A DNA stretch of 64,000 bases from Myxococcales bacterium. GTDB taxonomy: Bacteria; Myxococcota_A; UBA9042. The DNA lies in assembly GCA_947491025.1 (NCBI GenBank), contig CANLIC010000003.1, positions 114,005 through 178,004 on the forward strand, given 5' to 3'. Position 1 is the first letter of the stretch. Every line of letters starts with the position of its first letter. Made by a program: the position numbers and the translations under genes. Shown here piece by piece: positions 13,685 through 23,283 of this stretch. The notes under the pieces are model-generated. The model worked only from the letters and a program-made list of their open reading frames with translations. It searched no databases and was not told the origin of the DNA.

Positions 13685-14919
13685 CGCGGCTCTCCGGGGG
13701 ATGGCTCGCCCAGCGGCGTCAGGCGCTGGCCTTGGCCGCGCTTGGGCCCCGGCGCCAGATCTTGCTCAGGGATGTTGTCGCGGAATGCGTCCCAAATCAC
13801 GAGGCCGAGGCCAAGGCCCAAGCCGGCGCCGCCCGCGCCGTAACCGATCTGCTGCCATTGCGCCCAGCGGTCGAAGTCTGGGCTGCCGCGGTAGTGCTCA
13901 TCGGCTTGCTGACCGGTCGCCACGCCGACGCCCACGCCACTCGCCCCGAGGATCATCAGGGTCCAGCCGATGGCGCTACGCCAGCTCGAGCTGCCCGAGA
14001 GCGGCTGCAGATTGTAGTCGAGGTGGAGCTGCTTATCTTCGGGTACGTCGACGATCTCCTCCACCGTGCCATAGCCCTCGCGCGAGAGGCTAATCTGGTG
14101 GCGGCCCGGCGGCACCTCGATGCGGCCCGAAAAGGGTGTGACCGCCACCACTTTGCCGTCCACGGCGATCTTGACCTGGCGCACGTTGCACCAAAAGGAC
14201 ACCGCCGCCAGCCGATAGGTTGGCTTGAGCGCGAGCACCGCCCGCACTTTGCCCGACTCCGGCACGACCACGTCTGTCTCGAGTGGGGCGTGCTTGTCCA
14301 GCTCGAGCCGCAGCTTGTAGATGCCGGGCTTGAGGTGCGTGGTCACGGGCGTGTTGCCGATGACGACGCCGTCAGGCAGCAGCCGCACTGCCGCGCCAGT
14401 CGGGCTCGACGCGATGGTCACCTCGGGCAACGCCTCGTACGAGCGCTGCTTGAGCGTCCGAATCAGGTTTTCGACGTCCGCCTTGTTCGCAGGCTCGCCG
14501 CCGGTCTGGGCGCGGTAGGCCTCCAGGTAGCGCTGCAGCAGCTCGAGCGCCTCGGGGTAGGCGGCGAGCTTCTCCTGACACCGCGCCATGTTGTAGATCA
14601 AGTTCGGCCGCTGCTCCTGTGCGTATGCCGCCTCAAAGGCGCGGTAGGCCTCCTGGTAGCGGCCGGCGCGGTAATGCTCGCGGCCCTCGGCGTCCAAGCG
14701 ATCGGCTTCGCCCTTGGCGTCGGTTGCGGCGGCCGGGCTGCCAGCGGGCGCCGCGGCGGTGGGCGGCGGGGCCGTGGCGGCAGCCGGTGGCGGCGGCGGC
14801 GGATCGTCCCCAGCGCGGGCCAGCTTTGGCGCTACGGTGAGCAGCACGAGCGCGATCCAGCCGACAGGGCAGGCACGGTGCAGGGGGCGGCCAGGCTTGC
14901 AGGGCGTCGTGCGGTGCAT
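13681..14919 (-). CDS. TPR + PEGA domain membrane protein
   Basis: Signal-like N-terminus, TPR helices (YQEAYRAFEAAY, LIYNMARCQEKL), two PEGA-like repeats (SSPTGAAV...GNTPV; VDGKVVAVTP...PPGRHQI) and C-terminal TM helices. The start is uncertain (14919 or 14955). Confidence 0.75.
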   Translation of the reverse strand: MHRTTPCKPGRPLHRACPVGWIALVLLTVAPKLARAGDDPPPPPPAAATAPPPTAAAPAGSPAAATDAKGEADRLDAEGREHYRAGRYQEAYRAFEAAYAQEQRPNLIYNMARCQEKLAAYPEALELLQRYLEAYRAQTGGEPANKADVENLIRTLKQRSYEALPEVTIASSPTGAAVRLLPDGVVIGNTPVTTHLKPGIYKLRLELDKHAPLETDVVVPESGKVRAVLALKPTYRLAAVSFWCNVRQVKIAVDGKVVAVTPFSGRIEVPPGRHQISLSREGYGTVEEIVDVPEDKQLHLDYNLQPLSGSSSWRSAIGWTLMILGASGVGVGVATGQQADEHYRGSPDFDRWAQWQQIGYGAGGAGLGLGLGLVIWDAFRDNIPEQDLAPGPKRGQGQRLTPLGEPSPGEPR

Positions 14920-15066
14920 GTCAGGTCCAGAAGTTGCGACGCCGCGGCGGGTCACGGCATGCGGCGCCCCATCCTACGTCGAATCGGCGCCCGATGCGAG
15001 GAACCCGCCGCGACGACCGCGCCAGCGCCGCGGTCCGCCCAAGGAGCGACTGCGCCGAGACCCTGC

Positions 15067-15663
15067 CTAGCGCACGAGGGTCGACACGATGGTGAGCTTC
15101 TCGCCGTTCTGGATGGCGTCGAGCGTCCGCGCCCCTGCCGCGACCGAGCGCGTGGTCTTGCCGCCCGGCATCGTCGCCTGGTAGCGGACCCGCTGCACCT
15201 TGCCCATCTGCAAGCCCAAGAATTGCAGGATGAACTGAGCTCCGCCCGGCAACGCAATCTCGCGGCTGGCCTGGGACGCCAACGCGAACGTGGCCTCGCT
15301 GACCAGCGCAAAGCGGTTGAATCTGCCGTCGAAGGGCTTGAGCTCGCGCCGCATGTCTTCCAGGCGCGCATCGACCGATGCTTCAGCCCGGCTGGCCTCG
15401 ATGACGCGCACCACGAACGACGCCTGCTCGGGCGCCGTCGCACCCTCGTTGACCGGACGCGGCGCCTCACGCGGCTCCCGTGGCGACAAGCGCGCGGGTG
15501 TGGCAGGCGTCGGTGCAACCGCAGCGGACGCGGAGGCGACGGTGGCCCGCGACGCCGGCTCGACTGCAAGCACCAAGACCGAATGGCTCAGCAAGATCAG
15601 ACCAGCGCCCAAGCCGGCGAGTGTTGGCCGCGAGCGGCTGGCGATCGGTTGCCGCGTGCTCAT
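15067..15663 (-). CDS. Hypothetical exported protein in the ECF sigma operon
   Basis: N-terminal hydrophobic segment, Pro/Ala linker and small beta domain. Its start overlaps the anti-sigma stop by 4 nt. Confidence 0.6.
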   Translation of the reverse strand: MSTRQPIASRSRPTLAGLGAGLILLSHSVLVLAVEPASRATVASASAAVAPTPATPARLSPREPREAPRPVNEGATAPEQASFVVRVIEASRAEASVDARLEDMRRELKPFDGRFNRFALVSEATFALASQASREIALPGGAQFILQFLGLQMGKVQRVRYQATMPGGKTTRSVAAGARTLDAIQNGEKLTIVSTLVR

Positions 15664-16301
15664 CCCGCCCCCCCTTCGGCACTGAGGTGCCAGATGATCA
15701 CTGGGCTGCCCTCGCCCTCGCTTGGATCGACCACGATGGTGCCGGAGTCGATCTCCATCTCCTCGATGATCACCGCCGGCAGCTGGCCGCCCGGCTCCTC
15801 GGCCGCGCCAGCGCCGCTCCCCGCGGAGCCCTCGACCGCGACAATCGGCGCCTCGGGGCGTCCGTCGCTGACCTGCGGGCTGCGCAACGCGAAGACCGCC
15901 GCCACCGCCGCCAGCACGACGCTGACGCCGAACGCCAAGCGGCCAAACGAGAAGCCAGAGAGGAGGCCGCGGGCCCAGCTCGGTGCCGGCGCAGGCGACA
16001 CTTCACGCGTTGGCGCCGGCAGCTTGGTCATCACCCGGCCACGCACCATGGAGAGCGCGTCCTCACTGGCCCGGCTGAATTGCGGCGGTGGAGTCAGCGC
16101 CGCCTCTCGAAGCGCCGCCGACAGCTCCCGCTGGCCAGGAATCGCGGCCTGTAGCTGCGTGTGCTGCTTCAGCAGGGCCTCGGCCTCGGCGCGCAGCTCC
16201 GCGTCGCCGTCGAGCTCGCCGTCCGCCAGCGCCATCAGCAGCATCTGCTGCTCCTCGCTGAGCGTCGGTGCGCTGTCCATCGGGTCCCTTGTGTCAGCCA
16301 T
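15660..16301 (-). CDS. Putative transmembrane anti-sigma factor
   Basis: Directly downstream of and overlapping the ECF sigma gene. LLMALADGELD anti-sigma-like N-terminus, one TM helix and a short periplasmic tail. AGGAGG RBS before ATG 16301. Confidence 0.75.
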   Translation of the reverse strand: MADTRDPMDSAPTLSEEQQMLLMALADGELDGDAELRAEAEALLKQHTQLQAAIPGQRELSAALREAALTPPPQFSRASEDALSMVRGRVMTKLPAPTREVSPAPAPSWARGLLSGFSFGRLAFGVSVVLAAVAAVFALRSPQVSDGRPEAPIVAVEGSAGSGAGAAEEPGGQLPAVIIEEMEIDSGTIVVDPSEGEGSPVIIWHLSAEGGAG

Positions 16302-16893
16302 GGCTGGCCTCCTGCCGGTAATCCTCGAGCAGCACTTGCAGCCGCTTGCGGGCATAAAAGAGGCGGCTCATCACCGTTCCCTTTGGGATCTGCAGCTCTT
16401 CGGCGATCTCTTGGTACGAGTAGCCGTGCACATCGCACAGCAGCACGCACTGGCGATGCGCCTCGGGTAAGGTGTCGAGCGCTTCCATCAGGCGGGCGCC
16501 GAGCGCCGAGCGCGACGTCTCCTGCATCGGGTCGCTGTGCCCCCACATGCCGATCGCCGGTACGCGCGAGTCTGCGATGTCGGCGTGGCCGAGCCGCTCA
16601 TCGATCTCCTCGGCCCGGCGGGTCTTGTTGCGGCGCAGCTTGTCGACGCTGCCGTTGGCAGCGATGCGGCACAGCCACGCCTTGAAGTTGCTGTCCGGCT
16701 GGAAGGAGTCCAGTCGGGTCCAGGCCTTCAAGAATGTGTCCTGCACCAAGTCCATCGCCTCGTCCTCGTTGCGCAGGTGCTTCAGCGCGACGCTGAACAC
16801 CACACGCTTATGGAGGTCGACCAAGGCGCCAAAGGCGTCTCGGTCGCCGGCCAGGGCTCGGGTCACCAGCTCTCGCTCTTGGGCTTCCTGCAC
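16294..16893 (-). CDS. ECF RNA polymerase sigma-70 factor
   Basis: GDRDAFGALV, EAMDLVQDTFLKAW, FKAWLCRIAAN, YSYQEIAEEL and GTVMSRLFYAR motifs. Confidence 0.93.
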   Translation of the reverse strand: MQEAQERELVTRALAGDRDAFGALVDLHKRVVFSVALKHLRNEDEAMDLVQDTFLKAWTRLDSFQPDSNFKAWLCRIAANGSVDKLRRNKTRRAEEIDERLGHADIADSRVPAIGMWGHSDPMQETSRSALGARLMEALDTLPEAHRQCVLLCDVHGYSYQEIAEELQIPKGTVMSRLFYARKRLQVLLEDYRQEASHG

Positions 16894-16914
16894 CGAGTCT
16901 CCCGAGCCCAGTCG

Positions 16915-16943
16915 AACAACGCGTGGGCGCGACGCCTATTCAA
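16915..16943 (-). promoter_or_regulatory. Possible ECF-type autoregulatory promoter
   Basis: Minus strand tGAAT-N17-GTTg just upstream of the sigma gene, resembling ECF -35/-10 elements. Confidence 0.3.
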
Positions 16944-17135
16944 CACCCTCGTGCCGAGCCTGCCAAGTCGCGGCCATGCCTCCGCTTCGACGCGGTGCCA
17001 GAGCCTGGGGCGCGGTGGGGCTGCGCCCGAAGCGAAGTACGAACGTCGGCAGCGAGCGGCAGCGACCGCGCAGGACCTTGCAGGTACGGTCCGGTGTTGG
17101 CCGTCATATGGCAGCGCCGCGCGCGACCCGGCTGG

Positions 17136-18449
17136 CTAGCGCAGGTCCGCGAGCAAAAGCGCCGGCGCCTCGAGCAGCTCGCGCACGGCCTGGACGAAGG
17201 CCGCGCCGATGTGGCCGTCGATGATGCGATGGTCGAAGCTGCAGCTCATGTACATGCGCTCGCGGATGACGATGGCGTCACCGACGACCACAGGCCGCTT
17301 TTCGATCTTGTGCAGGCCCAAGATCGCCACCTCGGGCTGGTTGATGATCGGCGTGGCGAACATGCCGCCGGCCTTGCCCAAGCTGGTGATGGTGAACGTC
17401 GAGCCCGAGAGCGACGCCACCGGCAACGCGTTGGCGCGGGCGGCGTCAGCCATCGCCGCCAGTTCGCCGACCAGCGTGCGCAGCGACTTGCCATGGACAT
17501 CGAGCACCACCGGCACCAGCAGGCCAGCGTCGGTGGCGGTCGCGATGCCGAGGTGGACGCCCGCCTTTTTGGTCAGCGTGCCAGCCTGGTAGTCCACGTG
17601 GGCGTTGATGTTGTGGAACTCGGCGCGCTGAAGGGCGATCGCCACCGCCTTCATGACGAAGGGCAGGTAGGTGGTGCGCAGGCCCGCGTCGCGGAGCTGG
17701 TCCTTCAACACCGAGATGGCGGTGAAGTCGACCTCCTCGACGTAGGTAAAGTGCGCCGCCGTATCGCGCGAATGCCGCATGCGATCGCTGATCTTGCGGC
17801 GCAAACCGAGGAGCTTCTGGACCTCGTCGGCGCCGAGGCCCGTGGGCGCCAGGGGTGGCGTCGGGGCGGCCGGTGCGCGGGGTGCCGCCGCGGCGGGCGC
17901 AGGCGCGGACGGACGAGGTGCAGGCGCGGCTGCCGCTACGCCGGTGTGGGCGCGGCTCACGTCTTCTTGCGTGACGCGGCCGTGGTCACCGGTACCGGCG
18001 ACGCGGGTGATGTCGACGCCGAGGCTGCGGGCCAGCTTGCGGGTCGCCGGTGCGGCCCGAACGCGCTCGCTGGCTTGGGCAAGCGGAGCGACAGGTTCCA
18101 TGGCGGGCACGGCGGCTGGGCTCGCCTTCGGCGCGGCGTGCACGTTGGCTTCCGGCGCGGCCTGGGCGTTGCCGGCAGGCGCTGCAGCCGGCGCTGCCGC
18201 GCTTGAACCGCTCGCCTCCTCGATGGTCAGCACGACGGCGCCCACGGGCACCACGTCGCCCTCGCCGAAGTGGCGCTTGCTGACACGGCCGCGGCGCGGC
18301 GACGGGATGACGGCCGAGACCTTGTCGGTCAGGACCTCGAAAAGCGGCGTGTCCTCAGCGACGTCCGCGCCCTCGTCGACCAGCCACTTGGTGAGCTCAC
18401 CCTCGACCACGCCTTCGCCGATGTCAGGGAGCTTGAATTCGAACGCCAT
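17136..18449 (-). CDS. 2-oxoacid dehydrogenase E2, dihydrolipoamide acyltransferase
   Basis: Single lipoyl domain (LPDIGEGVVEG, TDKV), E3-binding segment (AAPATRKLA...GTGDHGRV) and catalytic DHRIIDG. Confidence 0.93.
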   Translation of the reverse strand: MAFEFKLPDIGEGVVEGELTKWLVDEGADVAEDTPLFEVLTDKVSAVIPSPRRGRVSKRHFGEGDVVPVGAVVLTIEEASGSSAAAPAAAPAGNAQAAPEANVHAAPKASPAAVPAMEPVAPLAQASERVRAAPATRKLARSLGVDITRVAGTGDHGRVTQEDVSRAHTGVAAAAPAPRPSAPAPAAAAPRAPAAPTPPLAPTGLGADEVQKLLGLRRKISDRMRHSRDTAAHFTYVEEVDFTAISVLKDQLRDAGLRTTYLPFVMKAVAIALQRAEFHNINAHVDYQAGTLTKKAGVHLGIATATDAGLLVPVVLDVHGKSLRTLVGELAAMADAARANALPVASLSGSTFTITSLGKAGGMFATPIINQPEVAILGLHKIEKRPVVVGDAIVIRERMYMSCSFDHRIIDGHIGAAFVQAVRELLEAPALLLADLR

Positions 18450-18501
18450 CGTCTCCTCCAGAGGGCCGGCGCCTACGCTGCGCCACGCCGACGCGCCGCC
18501 A

Positions 18502-19521
18502 TCACTTGTATCGCGCCACCTGGCGCACGGCCGCTGCCACCCGGCCGGAGTCGGGCAAGTAGGCCGCCTCCAGGGTGTAGGGGAACGGGGTGTCGTACCC
18601 GGTCACCCGCAGCGGTGGCGCCTGCAGCCAATCGAAGCAGTGCTCCATGATCAGCGCCACGACCTCTGCGGCGAAGCCGCAGGTCTTGGGCGCCTCGTTG
18701 GCGACCACTGCGCGGCCGGTCCGGCTGACGCTCTCGACGATCGCCGGCAGGTCGTAGGGCACGAGCGTGCGGAGGTCGATGAGCTCGACGTCGATGCCCT
18801 CTGCCTCTAGCTTGGCGGCCGCCTCACGGCAGGTCTCGACCATCGCGCCATAGCTGATAAGCGATACCGGAATGCCCTTGCCGCGCAGCGGTCGCGCGAT
18901 GTCGGCCTTGCCGATCGGCACGGTGTAATGGCCTGCCGGCACTTCGCCCTTCGGGTGAGCGGACCAGTTGGTGCCGTGCGCCGGGCCTCGGTAGATGCGC
19001 TTGGGTTCGAAGACCATGACCGGGTCCGGCGAGGCGAGCGCCGCCAGCAGCAAACCCTTGGCGTCATAGGGGTTCGAGGGCGTCACGCAGACCAGGCCGG
19101 CGTGGTGGGCGAACGTCGCCTCGGGCGACTGGGAGTGGTAGTGGCCGCCGCGGATGCCGCCGCCAAACGGGGTGCGGATCACCATCGGGCACGGGTACTC
19201 GCCGCCGGAGCGGTAGCGGAACTTTGCGAGTTCGTTGACAATTTGGTCGTAGGCTGGGAAGATGAAGTCGCTGAACTGGATCTCGGCCACCGGGCGCAGC
19301 CCATAGAGCGCCATGCCGATGGCTGTGCCGATGATGCCGGCCTCGGCCAGCGGCGTGTCGATGACGCGGTCCTCGCCGTACTTCTCTTGCAGGCCGACGG
19401 TGGCGCGGAAGACGCCGCCGAACTTGCCGACGTCCTCGCCCAGGATGACGACGTCTTTGTCCGCTGCCATCGCCAGGTCGAGCGCGTCATTGACGGCCTG
19501 GATGATGTTCATCGTCGGCAT
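18502..19521 (-). CDS. 2-oxoacid (probably branched-chain) dehydrogenase E1 beta
   Basis: GEDVGKFGGVFR, DTPLAEAG, EIQFSDF, GGHYHSQSPE and DTPFP motifs. Confidence 0.93.
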   Translation of the reverse strand: MPTMNIIQAVNDALDLAMAADKDVVILGEDVGKFGGVFRATVGLQEKYGEDRVIDTPLAEAGIIGTAIGMALYGLRPVAEIQFSDFIFPAYDQIVNELAKFRYRSGGEYPCPMVIRTPFGGGIRGGHYHSQSPEATFAHHAGLVCVTPSNPYDAKGLLLAALASPDPVMVFEPKRIYRGPAHGTNWSAHPKGEVPAGHYTVPIGKADIARPLRGKGIPVSLISYGAMVETCREAAAKLEAEGIDVELIDLRTLVPYDLPAIVESVSRTGRAVVANEAPKTCGFAAEVVALIMEHCFDWLQAPPLRVTGYDTPFPYTLEAAYLPDSGRVAAAVRQVARYK

Positions 19522-19597
19522 CGAAGCTCCTGCAAAGTCATGGTCGAGCGGTCACACCTGCGCGCCCGGGTGGCGGCGGTCGGCGTCGCGTCGTTCC

Positions 19598-20797
19598 TCA
19601 GTGGCCGCCCGCGGCGCGGTAGGCGGACTCGCCGCTCGCCAGGTGCGCCGCCAATTCCAAGGCCTGCGCCTCGAGCAGCGGTGTGCGGGCCGCGAAGACG
19701 TCGTCAAACAGGGTCGACAGAGGCGGATGGGGCTTGGCTTCGGCCAGGGCCAGCGCCGCCAAGATCGCCTCGGACGCTTCGGTCTGGGTCTGCTGCTCGC
19801 GCGCCTCGTCCCACAAGCCTTGGGCTTCAAGCCAGCGCCGCAGCCGCGGCAACGGGTCTTGGATCAGTGCCTCGGCCTCTTCCTCGCGACTGCGGTAGGC
19901 CTTCGGGTCGTCAGAGGTCGAGTGCGCCGCGAGGCGGTAGGTCTTGGCCTCGATGAGCGTCGGACCGTGCCCGGCCCGCGCGTAGGCGGCGGCCTCGCCC
20001 ACGGCCTTGATCACAGCGAACAAGTCGTTGCCGTCGACCACCTGGCCGCGGATGCCGTAGCCGTGGGCGCGCAACGCGATGTGCGGCGCCGCCGTCGTTT
20101 TCTCGTAGGGCGTCGAGATGGCGTAGCCGTTGTTGCGGCAGAAGAAGATGGCGGGCGCTTTGGCCACGCCGGCGAAGTTGAGGCCGACGTGAAAGTCACC
20201 CTCCGAGCTCGTGCCCTCGCCGAAGAAGCAGATCGCGACCGCGTCGTCGCCACGTTGCCGCATGGCGTAGGCGGTGCCGGCGCACTGCGGAATCTGCGTG
20301 CCGACCGGTGAGCTGATCGACACGACGTTCTGCGCGCGTGCCGACCAATGCACCGGCATCTGCCTGCCTTTGACCGGGTCGTCGCAGTTGCCGACGAGGT
20401 TGTCGACCCAGGTCTGCAGCGGAAAACCGCGCCACAGCGCGACGCCGGGCTCGCGGTAGGCCGGGTACATCCAGTCGTCATTGCGAAGCGCATAGGCTGG
20501 GCCGTAAGCGCAGGCCTCCTCGCCGGTGCAGGCGAGGTAGAATCCGAGTCGGCCCTGCCGCTGCATCTTGATCATGCGGTCGTCGTACACGCGCTGCGCC
20601 ACCATCGCCGCGTAGAGCCGGGCGATGTCGGCCGGCGGCACGCTGGCGATGAACTCGGGATCGACGATCGTGCCGTCCGCCCGCAGCACTTGCATCGGCG
20701 CAATGGCGACTGGCGGCGGGTGGCTCACGCTCGTCGCAGCACCTCCTGCATCGGGCGCTCGAGCTGTCGGGGCTGCGTTGGACCTCGTCATCGCCAC
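19598..20797 (-). CDS. 2-oxoacid (probably branched-chain) dehydrogenase E1 alpha
   Basis: QRQGRLGFY, KGRQMPVH, TPP-binding GEGTSSEGDF...NNGYAIS and YRLAAHSTSDDP motifs. Confidence 0.93.
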   Translation of the reverse strand: MAMTRSNAAPTARAPDAGGAATSVSHPPPVAIAPMQVLRADGTIVDPEFIASVPPADIARLYAAMVAQRVYDDRMIKMQRQGRLGFYLACTGEEACAYGPAYALRNDDWMYPAYREPGVALWRGFPLQTWVDNLVGNCDDPVKGRQMPVHWSARAQNVVSISSPVGTQIPQCAGTAYAMRQRGDDAVAICFFGEGTSSEGDFHVGLNFAGVAKAPAIFFCRNNGYAISTPYEKTTAAPHIALRAHGYGIRGQVVDGNDLFAVIKAVGEAAAYARAGHGPTLIEAKTYRLAAHSTSDDPKAYRSREEEAEALIQDPLPRLRRWLEAQGLWDEAREQQTQTEASEAILAALALAEAKPHPPLSTLFDDVFAARTPLLEAQALELAAHLASGESAYRAAGGH

Positions 20798-20851
20798 ACT
20801 CCGTCGCCCGCGGCGCCGGCGCCGAACGCGGCCGGACCCGAGGGCGCCGGA

Positions 20852-20880
20852 ACCCTAGCACCGGTGGGCAGGCATGGGAA
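20852..20880 (-). promoter_or_regulatory. Putative sigma70 promoter of the E1/E2 cluster
   Basis: TTCCCA-N17-TAGGGT with an extended TG before -10. Confidence 0.35.
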
Positions 20881-20979
20881 GGTCGCCGGGGCTTGCGGCC
20901 AGCCCCGCGCGCGGCAACTCTGCAGCCTCTGGCGGGTGGGCCCTCCCCTTCGGCTTCGCCCAGCGCCGGGAGATCTGCC

Positions 20980-21891
20980 ATGCCGCCGATTCGCCGCGTC
21001 GCCATCATTCTGCCATCAGGGCCCCCCGTCGCCGCGAACCTGGAGGCCGGCATCGCCTGGCTGCAGAGATGCGGCGTCGACGTCGTGGCGCCGCGCATGC
21101 GCAGCGAGGGCCACGCCACTTGCCCGGCCTACCTCGCAGACACCGATGATGCGCGTGCGGAGGCGCTGGCCGAGGCCCTGTGCCGAGCCGACGTCGACGC
21201 GGTCTGGGCAGGTCGCGGTGGCGTCGGCGCGTTTCGCACGTTGCAGGCGCTGCCGGGGCAGGGCGCTGGCGCGATCGCCGCTAGCCCCCAGCGGCCGTTG
21301 ATCGGGCTGTCGGACATCACGGCCCTGCTCCTCGCTCGCCTGCATGCCGGCGCGACGGCTGTTCATGGCCCTGTCGTCACCATGCTGGCGATTCAGGACC
21401 GCCCGAGCCAGGCCGCTATCCGCGCCTTCCTCCGCGATCCCGATCGCGGCATGCGCCTGCGCGCCGGCGTTCGAGCCGGCCGACGCGGTGTCGCCGCCGA
21501 CGGAACCCTCGTCGCCGGCAACCTCGCGCTGCTCGCTGGCTGCTGTGGCCTCCCCGAGCAACCCCGCCTGGACGGCGCGCTTCTTCTGGTCGAGGACGTC
21601 GGCGAGCCCGATTGGCGCATCGACCGCTTCATGGCCCAGCTGGAGCGAGCGGGCGCCCTGCGCGGGTTGCGAGGGCTCGGCGTCGGCGACTTCGGGCCCA
21701 ACCCGCTCGGGGCGGCAGCCGAGCACACGCTGCTCGCCTGGGCCGACAAGCTCGGCATCCCGGCCCTCTGCGGCCTGCCCTTGGGCCACCGTCGCCGCAA
21801 CGTGCCTCTGCCCCTCGGCCGCCCGGCGCGCCTCCTTCCCAACACCGGCGTCCTCGAGGTCGCCGCCGCGGCGTCTGGCGGCGCCACGTGA
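20980..21891 (+). CDS. LD-carboxypeptidase (peptidase S66)
   Basis: GRGGVG, IGLSDIT (Ser), HGP, GNL, LVEDVGE (Glu) and PLGH (His). Confidence 0.88.
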   Translation: MPPIRRVAIILPSGPPVAANLEAGIAWLQRCGVDVVAPRMRSEGHATCPAYLADTDDARAEALAEALCRADVDAVWAGRGGVGAFRTLQALPGQGAGAIAASPQRPLIGLSDITALLLARLHAGATAVHGPVVTMLAIQDRPSQAAIRAFLRDPDRGMRLRAGVRAGRRGVAADGTLVAGNLALLAGCCGLPEQPRLDGALLLVEDVGEPDWRIDRFMAQLERAGALRGLRGLGVGDFGPNPLGAAAEHTLLAWADKLGIPALCGLPLGHRRRNVPLPLGRPARLLPNTGVLEVAAAASGGAT

Positions 21892-23093
21892 AGCGCACGC
21901 AGCCACCAGAGGTCGCCGAGGGCCGCGCCATGCCGCGCGAAGCGCTCGAGTTGGTTCGTCGGTTCGTTGCCGATGGCCACGCCTCGGCCGCGGCCTTGGC
22001 CGTCGTGACCCTGGACGACAGCGCGCTGTTCGCCGTCGGTCGCCGCCGCAGCGTACGCCTCGACCTGAGGACCGGTGAACTGCGACCGAGCCCGGCCGCC
22101 GCCATCGACCTCGACACGCCCTTTGACCTCGCTTCATTGACCAAACCGATGGTCACCCTCGGCTTGCTCGCCCGCGGCATCGGCGACGGCAGCCTCGACC
22201 TCGAAGCACCCCTCGCCCGCTACCTTCCCGCGGCAGCGCACTCGGCGATGGGGGAGGTGCCGCTGCGTTCTCTCATGGGCCACGGCAGCGGCTGGCCTGC
22301 CTGGCGCGACTTCGCGGCGGTCTTCGATGCCCGAGGGCGCGCCGGTCGCGTCCGGCCCGATGCGCGCTCCCTGCGGCACGACATCGAGGCGGCCGTCCTG
22401 TCGACGCCTCCCGAGCGCGCGCCCGGTGTCGCGGCGGTTTATAGCGATCTCGGCTACTTGACGCTCGGGTTCCTGCTCGAAGCCCAGCTGCGGCGGCCCC
22501 TCGACCTCGCCGCGTTCGAGCTACTCTCGGCCCTGCCGGTGTCGACGCCGCCAACCTACCGCCGCACGCCGGTCGGCCTGACGCCGCGCGACGGCGACGC
22601 GGTCGCCACCGAAATCTGGCCTCGCCGCTGCTTGGACGGCTGGCCATTGCAGGGAGTCGTCCACGACGACAACGCCGCGGCGCTGCAGGGGATTGCTGGG
22701 CACGCCGGTCTCTTCGCCAGCGTCCGCGGGGTTGCGGCCTGGGCACGCGAGTGGCTGCGGGCGGTCTGTGCCCGCGAGGTCGCTTTGGGGGGCGCGCTCC
22801 TGCCAGAGGTGGCCGACCTGCTGCGGGGCACCAGCGCGGCGCCCGACACCACCTGGCGCCTTGGGTTTGATACCCCGAGTCGGCCACACTCCAACGCTGG
22901 GACGCTCTGCTCAGACGCCACCTTTGGCCATCTCGGCTTCGTCGGCACCAGCGTCTTCTTCGATCCTGCACGGCGGGCCGCTGTCGTCTTGCTGACCAAC
23001 CGGGTCCATCCGAGCCGCGACGCGACGGCGGCGATTCGTGCCCTGCGCCCAGCGGTCCACGACGCTGTCTGGCGCGTGCTGCAAGTGCACTAA
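21888..23093 (+). CDS. Serine hydrolase, beta-lactamase/penicillin-binding family
   Basis: FDLASLTK (SxxK), YSD, GVVHDDNA, AGHAGLF, FGHLGFVGTS and LLTNRVHP motifs. GTGA overlap with the S66 gene. Confidence 0.88.
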   Translation: MKRTQPPEVAEGRAMPREALELVRRFVADGHASAAALAVVTLDDSALFAVGRRRSVRLDLRTGELRPSPAAAIDLDTPFDLASLTKPMVTLGLLARGIGDGSLDLEAPLARYLPAAAHSAMGEVPLRSLMGHGSGWPAWRDFAAVFDARGRAGRVRPDARSLRHDIEAAVLSTPPERAPGVAAVYSDLGYLTLGFLLEAQLRRPLDLAAFELLSALPVSTPPTYRRTPVGLTPRDGDAVATEIWPRRCLDGWPLQGVVHDDNAAALQGIAGHAGLFASVRGVAAWAREWLRAVCAREVALGGALLPEVADLLRGTSAAPDTTWRLGFDTPSRPHSNAGTLCSDATFGHLGFVGTSVFFDPARRAAVVLLTNRVHPSRDATAAIRALRPAVHDAVWRVLQVH

Positions 23094-23156
23094 GTGGAGA
23101 GTGCCTGCAGCACGGCAGCGCCTTCCGCTCGCCACGTGCCAAGTCGCCCGAGTCGA

Positions 23157-23186
23157 TTGACCGCTTTCGTCCAGCGCTGCTAGGCT
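23157..23186 (+). promoter_or_regulatory. Putative sigma70 promoter
   Basis: TTGACC-N18-TAGGCT with an extended TG, about 100 nt upstream of the next CDS. Confidence 0.45.
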
Positions 23187-23283
23187 CCGGTCACGCGGTG
23201 CGCGAGGCGAACGGCCCCCTGCCTTCGCCGATCGCCGCTGCTCGGTGGGCGGCGGCTGCGCCCTGCTTTCGAGGATTGTGGCA

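Noticed and set aside
13381-16470. 1029-aa plus-strand ORF
   Set aside because: It is antisense to the well-supported ECF operon genes and has no motifs.
17136-20797. Absence of E3 (lpd) in the dehydrogenase cluster
   Set aside because: E3 is commonly shared and encoded elsewhere, so this is not unusual.
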